DNA of 64,000 nt from Bacteroidota bacterium (GTDB lineage: Bacteria; Bacteroidota; Bacteroidia; UKL13-3), in contig CANGVA010000002.1 of assembly GCA_947457395.1 (NCBI GenBank), forward strand, positions 81,234 through 145,233, in the 5' to 3' direction. Made by a program: the position numbers and the translations under genes. This document shows positions 56,132 through 64,000 of the stretch, piece after piece; the first letter of the stretch is position 1; each line of letters starts with the position of its first letter. Under the pieces are notes generated by a model. The model was not told the DNA's origin. It saw only the letters and a list, made by a program, of their open reading frames with translations, and made no database searches.

Positions 56132-58393
56132 TTAGTTTTCCTTACTCTGCGCATCTACAACTGCAATAATTACCATGTTTACAATTTCTCTGATGCTGCT
56201 GCCCAGCTGAAGGATATGCGCTGATTTTTTGAGCCCAAGCAGAACCGGACCAATTGCCTCTGCTGCGCCCAGCTCCTGAAGCATTTTGTAAGAAATATTG
56301 CCTGCAGAAAGTTTTGGAAAAATAAAGGTATTAACAGGCTCACCGCACAACTCGCTAAAAGGAAAATTTTCCTGAAGTAACTTCTGATTTAATGCAATAT
56401 TAGCCTGCAAATCACCATCAACAACCATGTACGGATATTTATCTTTTAATATCCTGCGTGCCTCTGCCATTGTAGTTGGTGTTTCTCCTTCTGCTGAACC
56501 AAAGTTGGAATATGAAAGCAAGGCAATGCGCGGGTTGATATTGAATTTTTTTACTGCATCATAGGTGAGCTTAGTTATGTCTACAATTTCATCAACATGC
56601 GGATTAATATTTACTGTAGCATCTGAAAAAAACAGGGTGCCCTTTTGTGTGAGCATGATATACATACCTGCAACTTTTTTTGTTCCTTCTTCTTTACCCA
56701 GAATTTGCAATGCCGGTTTAATTGTGCTTGGATAATTTTTTGTTAACCCCGAAATCATAGCATCTGCTTCGCCTAACTCTACCATCATTGGTGCAAAATG
56801 ATTACGGTCGCGCATAAGCTTTTTAGCCTCATGCAAAGTAATACCCTTGCGCTGCCTGCGTTTATAAAAAACCTCGGCAAATGTGTTTCTTTTATCTTCT
56901 TCCTCCAGCGGATTAATGATAGGAACACCGGAAAGATTGATATTATTTTCTTGTATGATTTGTTCTATTTTAACTTTATCGCCTAACAAAATTGGATGGG
57001 CAATGCCTTCGTCTTTTACAATTTGTGCGGCTCTTAATATTTTATAATTATCGGCTTCGGCAAATACCACGCGTTTGGGGTTCTTGCGCGCCTTGCTTCC
57101 AATTACACGAATAAAATTACTTTCCTTGCCCAAACGTGTAAGTAATTCTGATTTATATGCCTCCCAATCGGTAATTTGTTTTTTGGCCACATCGGATTCC
57201 ATAGCTGCTTTTGCCACTGCGGGCGAAACAGTAGTAATTAAACGTGGGTCGAGTGGTTTTGGAATAATATAATTTCTGCCAAACTGAATACTCTTTTCGT
57301 TATAGGCCATATTTACTATTTCCGGAACAGGCTCTTTGGCCAATTGAGCCAGCGCATGCACCGCAGCCAGCTTCATTTCTTCATTTATTTTGGTGGCTCG
57401 TACATCCAATGCTCCGCGGAAAATGAAAGGAAATCCAAGAACATTGTTCACTTGATTGGGGAAATCACTACGACCTGTGGCTAAAATAATATCAGGGCGT
57501 GATGCGATAGCATCAGCATAAGAAATTTCCGGATCCGGATTAGCCAACGCAAAAACCACGCAATCTTTAGCCATGCTGCGCACCATGTCTTGGCTCACTA
57601 CATTTCCTTTAGATAAACCAACAAAGACATCTGCGCCTTTCATTGCATCTGTTAGTGTATCTATTTTTCTATCCGTAGCGAAAAACTGTTTGGTTTCATC
57701 CAGATTGGGGCTGTCCTTTCTAATAACCCCTTTACTATCGCACATGATTAGGTTTTCTTTCTTTACGCCCAGACTTAGAAACACTTTTGCGCAGGAAACA
57801 GCAGAGGCGCCTGCCCCGTTAAACACTACCTGAACACGATCTATTTTCTTCTTTACCAACTCCAATGAATTGAGGAGGGCTGCGCCTGTTATTATAGCGG
57901 TGCCATGCTGGTCATCGTGCATGATGGGTATGTCGAGTTCTTCTTTAAGCCTTCTTTCAATTTCAAAACACTCTGGTGCTTTGATATCCTCCAGGTTAAT
58001 GCCGCCAAATGTGGGGCTAATGGCCTTAACGGTTTTTATAAACTCCTCTGTGTCTTTGGTGTTTATTTCAATATCAAATACATCTATATCGGCAAATATT
58101 TTAAACAGCACCCCTTTGCCTTCCATAACAGGCTTTGATGCTTCGGCACCAATATCACCAAGCCCAAGCACTGCTGTGCCGTTGGAAATAACCGCTACTA
58201 GATTGCCTTTAGATGTATATTTGTATACATCTTCGGGGTTTTCGGCAATTGCAAGGCATGGCTCTGCAACTCCAGGAGAATAGGCCAAACTTAAATCGCG
58301 TTTGGTATTGGTAGGCTTTGTAGGTATAACAGCTATTTTGCCGGGGCGGCCCTTGCTGTGGTATTTTAATGCGTCTTCTTTCAGTGTTGACAT
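56132..58393 (-). CDS. maeB: NADP-dependent malic enzyme (malic enzyme plus phosphotransacetylase-like domain)
   Basis: 753 aa. Malic enzyme NAD-binding GAGASAV region and a C-terminal PTA-like domain. Confidence 0.9.
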   Translation of the reverse strand: MSTLKEDALKYHSKGRPGKIAVIPTKPTNTKRDLSLAYSPGVAEPCLAIAENPEDVYKYTSKGNLVAVISNGTAVLGLGDIGAEASKPVMEGKGVLFKIFADIDVFDIEINTKDTEEFIKTVKAISPTFGGINLEDIKAPECFEIERRLKEELDIPIMHDDQHGTAIITGAALLNSLELVKKKIDRVQVVFNGAGASAVSCAKVFLSLGVKKENLIMCDSKGVIRKDSPNLDETKQFFATDRKIDTLTDAMKGADVFVGLSKGNVVSQDMVRSMAKDCVVFALANPDPEISYADAIASRPDIILATGRSDFPNQVNNVLGFPFIFRGALDVRATKINEEMKLAAVHALAQLAKEPVPEIVNMAYNEKSIQFGRNYIIPKPLDPRLITTVSPAVAKAAMESDVAKKQITDWEAYKSELLTRLGKESNFIRVIGSKARKNPKRVVFAEADNYKILRAAQIVKDEGIAHPILLGDKVKIEQIIQENNINLSGVPIINPLEEEDKRNTFAEVFYKRRQRKGITLHEAKKLMRDRNHFAPMMVELGEADAMISGLTKNYPSTIKPALQILGKEEGTKKVAGMYIMLTQKGTLFFSDATVNINPHVDEIVDITKLTYDAVKKFNINPRIALLSYSNFGSAEGETPTTMAEARRILKDKYPYMVVDGDLQANIALNQKLLQENFPFSELCGEPVNTFIFPKLSAGNISYKMLQELGAAEAIGPVLLGLKKSAHILQLGSSIREIVNMVIIAVVDAQSKEN

Positions 58394-58405
58394 AACAGAT
58401 AAATA

Positions 58406-59113
58406 TTAAAAATTGGGTGAAATGGCCATGTCGGCATAATAATCCAAAATATAATTTACGGCATCATCTGCGGTATCTACCAGATTAAATAAAAACAAGT
58501 CATCGGGGTTAATATTCCTTTCTTTCTCCAGCATCACAGCCTTAATCCAGTCTATTAATCCGCTCCAAAATTCAGTACCTACCAGCACCACCGGAAAACG
58601 GGCAACTTTGTGTGTTTGTATCAGGGTTAGTGCTTCAAACAACTCATCTAGGGTTCCAAAACCACCCGGCATGGCAATAAACCCTTGAGCGTATTTCATG
58701 AACATCACTTTGCGCACAAAGAAATAATCAAAATTAATCATCTTATCCCGATCAACATATTTATTTACAAATTGCTCAAAGGGTAACTCAATGCCCAGCC
58801 CTACAGATTTTCCGTTTGCTTCAAAAGCGCCTTTATTACCAGCCTCCATAATACCCGGCCCTCCACCGGTAATAACGCCAAATCCTGCTTTTACTAACTT
58901 ACAGGCTATTTCCTCAGCAAGTTTATAATAAGCATTATCTGCCTTGGTTCTAGCCGAACCAAATATGGAAACACAGGGACCAATGCGGCTCATCTTCTCA
59001 AAACCTTCAACAAACTCAGCCATTATTTTAAATGTGGCCCAGCTATCGGTTACTTTAATTTCGGGCCAGTTTTTTTTCTCAAACGCCTTCTTAATTCTCT
59101 CTTCATCTGTCAT
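58406..59113 (-). CDS. LOG family protein (TIGR00730; cytokinin riboside 5'-monophosphate phosphoribohydrolase-like)
   Basis: PGGFGTLDELFE and GGGPGIMEA motifs. Confidence 0.8.
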   Translation of the reverse strand: MTDEERIKKAFEKKNWPEIKVTDSWATFKIMAEFVEGFEKMSRIGPCVSIFGSARTKADNAYYKLAEEIACKLVKAGFGVITGGGPGIMEAGNKGAFEANGKSVGLGIELPFEQFVNKYVDRDKMINFDYFFVRKVMFMKYAQGFIAMPGGFGTLDELFEALTLIQTHKVARFPVVLVGTEFWSGLIDWIKAVMLEKERNINPDDLFLFNLVDTADDAVNYILDYYADMAISPNF

Positions 59114-59180
59114 ACGTATTCTTCATTAACATACATAAGGGGCTCAAGATAGCGCCCCATTTTGCAAAAATATATTTTAT

Positions 59181-59633
59181 TTACCCGATTAGCTGTTTTA
59201 ACAAAGTAGATATTACCTTACCATCTGCTTTGCCTGCCAGCGCCTTCATGGCCGCGGGCATTACCTTGCCAAAATCAGCAGCAGAGTTGGCACCTGTTTC
59301 AGTAATAATCTGTTTAAGCACAGTAGTTATCTCCGCTTCGCTCATTTGTTTGGGCAGGTATTTTTCTATTACATCCAGCTCCTCTTTTTCCTTTGCGGCA
59401 AGTTCTGCTCTTTCATTTTGTAAATAAATATCTATGCTTTCTTTGCGCTGCTTAGCCAGCTTTTGAAAAATTTTTACCGCCTGCTCATCCGAAACCTTAT
59501 CACCTGATGCTCCCTCGGCAGTTGCTGCCAGCAATAGCGCTGATTTAAGAGCACGGAGCGCACGTAAAGATGCTTCATCCTTTGCTTTCATCGCTGTAAT
59601 AATATCTGCATTGATTTTTTCTTGTAGTGTCAT
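59181..59633 (-). CDS. GatB/YqeY domain-containing protein
   Basis: YqeY-type helical domain (EKINADIITAMKAKDE...LRALKSAL). The start was trimmed to MTLQEKIN. Confidence 0.7.
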   Translation of the reverse strand: MTLQEKINADIITAMKAKDEASLRALRALKSALLLAATAEGASGDKVSDEQAVKIFQKLAKQRKESIDIYLQNERAELAAKEKEELDVIEKYLPKQMSEAEITTVLKQIITETGANSAADFGKVMPAAMKALAGKADGKVISTLLKQLIG

Positions 59634-59674
59634 TTTAGTTGTATTATTATCTGTTATCGTTATGCGCTCGATAG

Positions 59675-60466
59675 TCATCGTTTTTTTGGCACATACTTGG
59701 CTCCCTTATTCAGGAAGAAGGTAAAGGTATCGCTTCTTAATCCCAGCCTGAGGGTTTCCAGCGGGATAACTTCATTTGGTGCAATATTTCCTAGGTTAAC
59801 ATTGGTGCCCACCAATTTTATGAAATACGTTTGTTGTGCTTTTTGCGGGGCTTCCCATATAATTTTTTCTTGCGGTATTTTGGTTAAAATTTCCTGCACC
59901 AATCCTTCTCTTACCTCACCGCTGCTGCGGTAAACGCCTACATTTCCTGCTTCTCGGGCTTCTGCAATCACCTTCCATGCACCGGCTTTAAGTTCGCTTT
60001 TCATAAGCTCAATCCACTGATAAGGCGGTATAATCTTTTCTACATCCTTACTTCCCACCTCACTCAGAACCGTAACGTGCTTGCTGAGTTTGTTGATATA
60101 TTCTAACTTCACTTCATGTGGCATTTCAATAGAACCATCCGATACTTCAGCGTGTTCAAGCCCAAATTTTTCCAACATTTTCAAATAATCATCAAACTGG
60201 TTTCGAACAATAAATGCTTCAAACAGGGTTCCACCAAAATATACTTTAACGTTTGCCTGCTTATACAATTTTATTTTCTGTTCCAGATTTTGGGTAACAT
60301 ATGCCGTACCAAAACCCAGTTTCACGATATCAACAGAATCTCCGCAAACCGATAAGAAATTTTCTATTTCATGGAGGCCCAGGCCTTTATCCATTACCAT
60401 AGTAATTCCGCTTTCCCGCGGCTTGGTAAATCTTTCGGGAATTTGCTTTAGTTTAAAGTTTTTCAT
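59675..60466 (-). CDS. (2R)-phospho-3-sulfolactate synthase (ComA) family protein
   Basis: Closely colinear with archaeal ComA (MVMDKGL, KVCGD.IDFVKFGWGT, GGTLFE, EVSDGS, EAPQKSQQ...F, VNLANIA..EVI.LETLRRGLR.DTF). Confidence 0.8.
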   Translation of the reverse strand: MKNFKLKQIPERFTKPRESGITMVMDKGLGLHEIENFLSVCGDSVDIVKLGFGTAYVTQNLEQKIKLYKQANVKVYFGGTLFEAFIVRNQFDDYLKMLEKFGLEHAEVSDGSIEMPHEVKLEYINKLSKHVTVLSEVGSKDVEKIIPPYQWIELMKSELKAGAWKVIAEAREAGNVGVYRSSGEVREGLVQEILTKIPQEKIIWEAPQKAQQTYFIKLVGTNVNLGNIAPNEVIPLETLRLGLRSDTFTFFLNKGAKYVPKKR

Positions 60467-60469
60467 GTG

Positions 60470-61867
60470 TCAGTTGTTTCTGAAAAGTTCAATGGCATGC
60501 AGCACATCAGCATCTTTTTGCAAATGTGGCGAAAATTCGAAAATCAAAAAATGTTCTTCAAAATTCATGGCCAAAGCTGTTTCAAGATGATATAAGGCTT
60601 CCTTTCTTCGGCCTATTTCAAATTCGTAACAAGCTAGCCTGTAGTAGTATAAATAATGATCATCATACGTGAGTGCCTGCCGAAGCAGATCAATTGCAGC
60701 CTCGGTATCGCCTTCAATATGCACTATGTATGATAAGTCAAGCCAGGCTTCAGCCATCATGGGTTCGTCTTCAATGAGTGTGCGCAAAATTTCCTGCGCC
60801 TGCTGCAAATTTCCTCCACGGTATTCTGCATCAGCTAGTGCCAGCGCATATTCTTCGTTTTCGGGCTCAAGCAGCATGGCGCGCTTGTAGTGGTTAAGCG
60901 CCTGCCTGCGGTTGTTCATTTTATCATAAACCAAACCCATACCAAACCAAGCTTCACCTATGTTAGGATTTAGGTTGGTTGCCTTTTTATAATATTCAAT
61001 GGCTTCTTTATCTCTGTTTAACCTTTCCAGGCAACTTGCCAAATTGCAAAAGGTAACAGCATCCTGGCCATCTTTATCTACTACGTTTAAAAACTCTTTT
61101 GCTGCCTCTTCATACCTTTCCATTTCAACCAAATCATTGGCTTTGTTAAATGCTGCAGGAATAAAATCTTCGTCAATGGCAAGACAATAATCATAAGCTT
61201 CTATTGCCTTTTCAAACTGTCCCATTTTACTAAAAGTAATGCCAAGATTATACCATGCCGGGCAGGAAAAAGGGTTCATTTCAATGAGTTTGTTGTAAAA
61301 TTCGGAAGCTTTATCAAACCTTCCCTGTAAATCATAACAGTTGGCAATTTCATAAAAAGCCTGCTGGTTATCGGGTTGTGTTTTTAATATTTCTTCAAAA
61401 TACTCAACAGCTTTGCCGTGTAAATCACAATCTTCGTATACATAAGCAATTTCAAAGAGCATATCAATTCTTTCATCGGCATGTATCAGGGCTTTTGCGA
61501 AACTTGACTCTGCTTCTTCAAAATGCTGAATATTCAGTAGATTCTCTCCCTTGAGTAAAAACAATTCCGGATTAAACGGCTCATACAATTCACACTTATC
61601 AAGCACCTCTATGGCCTCTTCGTGTTTACCCATCAGCCCAAAAACCTCTGCTTTTTTTAATGCAAATCCATTGTAGTAAGGATAAATTTCTTCTCCATAA
61701 TATATCACCTCAAGCGCCTTTTTAAGCTTATCACCGTTTATATAGTATTCACTAATAGCTTCAAGCGTTTCCGCATCGAAATAGTCTTTTGATTTGTTTC
61801 GTATCATTTTTTCAAACCGCGCAGCATGCGAAAGTGTCTCCTCATCTAAAAAATCATCTGCGTCCAT
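60470..61867 (-). CDS. Tetratricopeptide repeat protein
   Basis: At least 10 TPR-like 34-aa repeats (…AIEYYKKATNLNPNIGEAWFGMGLVY…). Confidence 0.7.
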   Translation of the reverse strand: MDADDFLDEETLSHAARFEKMIRNKSKDYFDAETLEAISEYYINGDKLKKALEVIYYGEEIYPYYNGFALKKAEVFGLMGKHEEAIEVLDKCELYEPFNPELFLLKGENLLNIQHFEEAESSFAKALIHADERIDMLFEIAYVYEDCDLHGKAVEYFEEILKTQPDNQQAFYEIANCYDLQGRFDKASEFYNKLIEMNPFSCPAWYNLGITFSKMGQFEKAIEAYDYCLAIDEDFIPAAFNKANDLVEMERYEEAAKEFLNVVDKDGQDAVTFCNLASCLERLNRDKEAIEYYKKATNLNPNIGEAWFGMGLVYDKMNNRRQALNHYKRAMLLEPENEEYALALADAEYRGGNLQQAQEILRTLIEDEPMMAEAWLDLSYIVHIEGDTEAAIDLLRQALTYDDHYLYYYRLACYEFEIGRRKEALYHLETALAMNFEEHFLIFEFSPHLQKDADVLHAIELFRNN

Positions 61868-62038
61868 AATTTATAACATTAACCTAACAAATATAACAAA
61901 GAGATTTGTGGATACACGCATACACTTATTCGGGTTATAAACATTGGTGTGTGCCTATTTATTTAGCCGCAGTACGATAAGATATTAGCAAAACAACTGA
62001 GTAACTAAATACATTTGCCTCTGATATAGAAGAAACTA

Positions 62039-62878
62039 ATGAAAAGAAATTTTAAGCTTTTTACACTATTTATTTTATTTACAATTAGGGTGTTTGCACA
62101 AACAGATTCTTTGTTAAAAGATGTAGGTGTGGCCGTGTCTCCGTCACATATTAACTTTAATCTGAAACCGGGCGAAAGCAAAACATTTGAGGTAAAGGTT
62201 ACTAATGAAACACAATTAAGGCGTTCATTTGGTATTGTGCTAAATGACTATGATGTTGACCAGGCCGGCAAAACTTCATTTATGGAAAGCGGCCAATCAA
62301 AATATGGCATATCGCAATGGCTAACTATTGCACCAACCTTTTTTGAGGTGGTGCCTGGTGGTTTTCAGAAAGTAAAGGTAACCCTTACCGTTCCTGATAC
62401 GGGTTTTAGCAACCGTGCCGGTTGGTGTTTAATGATGGTGGAAGAAAGAAAGAAAAGAGAAACCATTGATAATAAAGGGGGTGACAAAAAAATATCATTG
62501 GGTGTCATTCCTACTTTTGCCTTTGGCGTCTATATTTACCAGAACCCTCCAACTGTTAAAAACAATAAGGTGGAGATCAAAAACTTTGTTAGCACCCTTC
62601 CTGCTAATAAAAAAACGAGAAACATTGAATTTGCTCTTGAAAATGTGGGGGATGGCATAGCTTTTTGCATTGCGTATGTGGAACTAACCAACTTGAAAAC
62701 GGGCAAACAACAAAAACTGATGGTTAAGAGATTCACCATCCTCCCCGGAAATAGACGAAACTACTTGTTTCCGTTGCCGGAAAATCTTGAACCCGGCAAA
62801 TACTCTGCTGTTGGCGTGCTTGATTTTGGCAGCAACGAGGAGGTAGAGGCAGCGGAATTGAATTTTGATATTGAGTAA
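62039..62878 (+). CDS. Secreted two-domain beta-sandwich protein with PapD/MSP-like N-domain features (candidate periplasmic chaperone-like protein)
   Basis: Signal peptide FILFTIRVFAQ. VAVSPSHINFNLKPGESKTFEVKVTNET and ...FEVVPGGFQKVKVTLTVPD resemble the pilus-chaperone N-domain pattern. A second Ig-like half follows (VEIKNF...IEFALENVGDG). This was not verified. Confidence 0.4.
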   Translation: MKRNFKLFTLFILFTIRVFAQTDSLLKDVGVAVSPSHINFNLKPGESKTFEVKVTNETQLRRSFGIVLNDYDVDQAGKTSFMESGQSKYGISQWLTIAPTFFEVVPGGFQKVKVTLTVPDTGFSNRAGWCLMMVEERKKRETIDNKGGDKKISLGVIPTFAFGVYIYQNPPTVKNNKVEIKNFVSTLPANKKTRNIEFALENVGDGIAFCIAYVELTNLKTGKQQKLMVKRFTILPGNRRNYLFPLPENLEPGKYSAVGVLDFGSNEEVEAAELNFDIE

Positions 62879-63154
62879 ACCCTACTATTTCGGTTGTGTT
62901 TGGCACCTATCAAACATTTGCTGTGTTCCAAAATTCATGCTGAACCAATAATAGCTTTATAATACGGATAGCTGTTTTTGTATGTTTAACGGTGGATTTG
63001 CTCATATGAATAGTGGGTTAAATAAATAATATTTCATACTGAATATCATATTTTTAGGACACCTTATCTGTTTTTCAACAGTTATCCGGTTTTATTTCCG
63101 TCAATTTATTGCCATTTTTGCTTGGTAATTTAATAACAATTAATCCACAGAAAA

Positions 63155-63937
63155 ATGAAAGCTAAAAAATTATTAGTTGCTTTATCGTTTTCAGCGCTAA
63201 CCTCAACGGTAGCCTTCGGTCAGTTACAAGACCAAAAAGATGTAACGTTTACCATGGACCTTCAGCCGATTCTTCAGTTGAACATGACCACACCTAGTCA
63301 GATTGATTTTACTTTTGACGACATCAATTCTTACTACGCAGGTATCACCAGATACGGTGCCACCATTCTCAAAGTAAGTTCAACTGTAAACTGGGATTTA
63401 TATGCTGTTGGTCGCTCTAACGGAACAACAGGTGCCGGCTTCTGGGACCAGCAAATCAGATACGGTTCGGCTGCTGCGGGCGGAGAAACAAACCAGTTAC
63501 CGCTTAGCGCGCTTGAATTGCGTCAAAACACACCTAACGCTGCAACAGGCGGTACTGGTACTTTTGATGATTATAGTTCTGCTTTTCCTCCGGTTGCTGC
63601 ACCAAGTGGAGCCAATAGCTTGTATGTTGACCCAGCGAACTCGAATACCCCACCACTTATTGCCCATAAGTACATTGCAGGTCATAGAGGAACAACAGCT
63701 GTTGGAACAGACGGTATTGCTGGTGGTTCATATTTAACCTCTACCGGTTTAACATCAAACTATTTTTATTCAATTGATTATCGCATTTTGCCTGGTTTGC
63801 CAGCTATTTTCCCAATGGCGTTTGGCCCAGACGGAACAACGCCTCAGGACCTTGTATCTATTAATGGTGCTGGCTCTTTTGCACAGCCTGGTGTTTACAC
63901 CATGTATGTTCAATATATTTTGTTAGAAGACCAATAA
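63155..63937 (+). CDS. Secreted Gly/Thr/Ala-rich protein of unknown function (candidate surface or fibre subunit)
   Basis: Signal peptide LVALSFSALTSTVAFGQ, a beta-rich N-terminal region, and a low-complexity G/T/A/S/P-rich middle. Confidence 0.45.
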   Translation: MKAKKLLVALSFSALTSTVAFGQLQDQKDVTFTMDLQPILQLNMTTPSQIDFTFDDINSYYAGITRYGATILKVSSTVNWDLYAVGRSNGTTGAGFWDQQIRYGSAAAGGETNQLPLSALELRQNTPNAATGGTGTFDDYSSAFPPVAAPSGANSLYVDPANSNTPPLIAHKYIAGHRGTTAVGTDGIAGGSYLTSTGLTSNYFYSIDYRILPGLPAIFPMAFGPDGTTPQDLVSINGAGSFAQPGVYTMYVQYILLEDQ

Positions 63938-63950
63938 GATATACATCTTG

Positions 63951-63996
63951 AAAGGGGGGTGGGCTGTTTTATTACTTGCCCTCCCCCTTTTTATAT
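63951..63996 (+). terminator. Rho-independent terminator after the secreted-protein gene
   Basis: AAAGGGGGGTGGGC-N13-GCCCTCCCCCTTTT hairpin followed by a T-rich tract. Confidence 0.5.
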
Positions 63997-64000
63997 TTAT

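Noticed and set aside
61868-63154. tRNA or other small RNA genes in the larger intergenic spacers (61868-62038, 62879-63154, 46214-46383, 49142-49266)
   Set aside because: No cloverleaf-compatible segments were found (no GTTC/TΨC-like arm with matching acceptor stems), and there are no conserved ncRNA motifs. The spacers are AT-rich promoter-like DNA.

Overview
This 64 kb window looks like a chromosomal segment of a Bacteroidota genome, probably a Sphingobacteriia/Chitinophagia-like organism. The evidence is a type IX secretion C-terminal sorting domain on one cargo protein, TTG-N19-TAnnTTTG promoter motifs and AT-rich intergenic DNA. All calls below come from reading the six-frame translations, recognising protein families by eye and finding motifs by hand. 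No database searches or tools were run. Gene density is high and no rRNA, tRNA, CRISPR array or IS/transposase was found. The content runs as follows. (1) 1-9.2 kb: a cell-surface polysaccharide locus with several GT1/GT2/GT4 glycosyltransferases, a short-form Wzm/Wzt ABC exporter, a GtrB-like polyprenyl-phosphate glycosyltransferase, a GT-C-like membrane protein and a Wzy_C/WaaL-like membrane protein. (2) 12.2-25.3 kb: a long co-directional minus-strand array of TolC-like, HlyD/MacA-like adaptor, gpsA, a 908-aa T9SS cargo protein, an AhpD/CMD-like protein, a His-rich small ORF, a 1434-aa CzcA::outer-membrane-factor in-frame fusion and CzcB. (3) A polysaccharide deacetylase next to a processive (QxxRW) membrane GT2. 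(4) Housekeeping genes: pnp, rpsO, accD, fbaB, uvrA, metK, ppiD-like, gltX, purQ, idh, maeB and gpsA. (5) A TetR-paaA-[four-helix-bundle IVS protein]-paaB-paaC-paaD cluster with a repeated intergenic motif. (6) HTH-Fic, a small repeat protein, crtZ plus a lycopene cyclase domain protein, a ComA-like phosphosulfolactate synthase, and a secreted chaperone-like/subunit-like gene pair at the window end. The most interesting points are the CzcA-OMF fusion junction, which retains a complete signal-peptide-like segment; the repeat-flanked insertion in the paa operon; the deacetylase-GT2 pair; and the terminal secreted pair.
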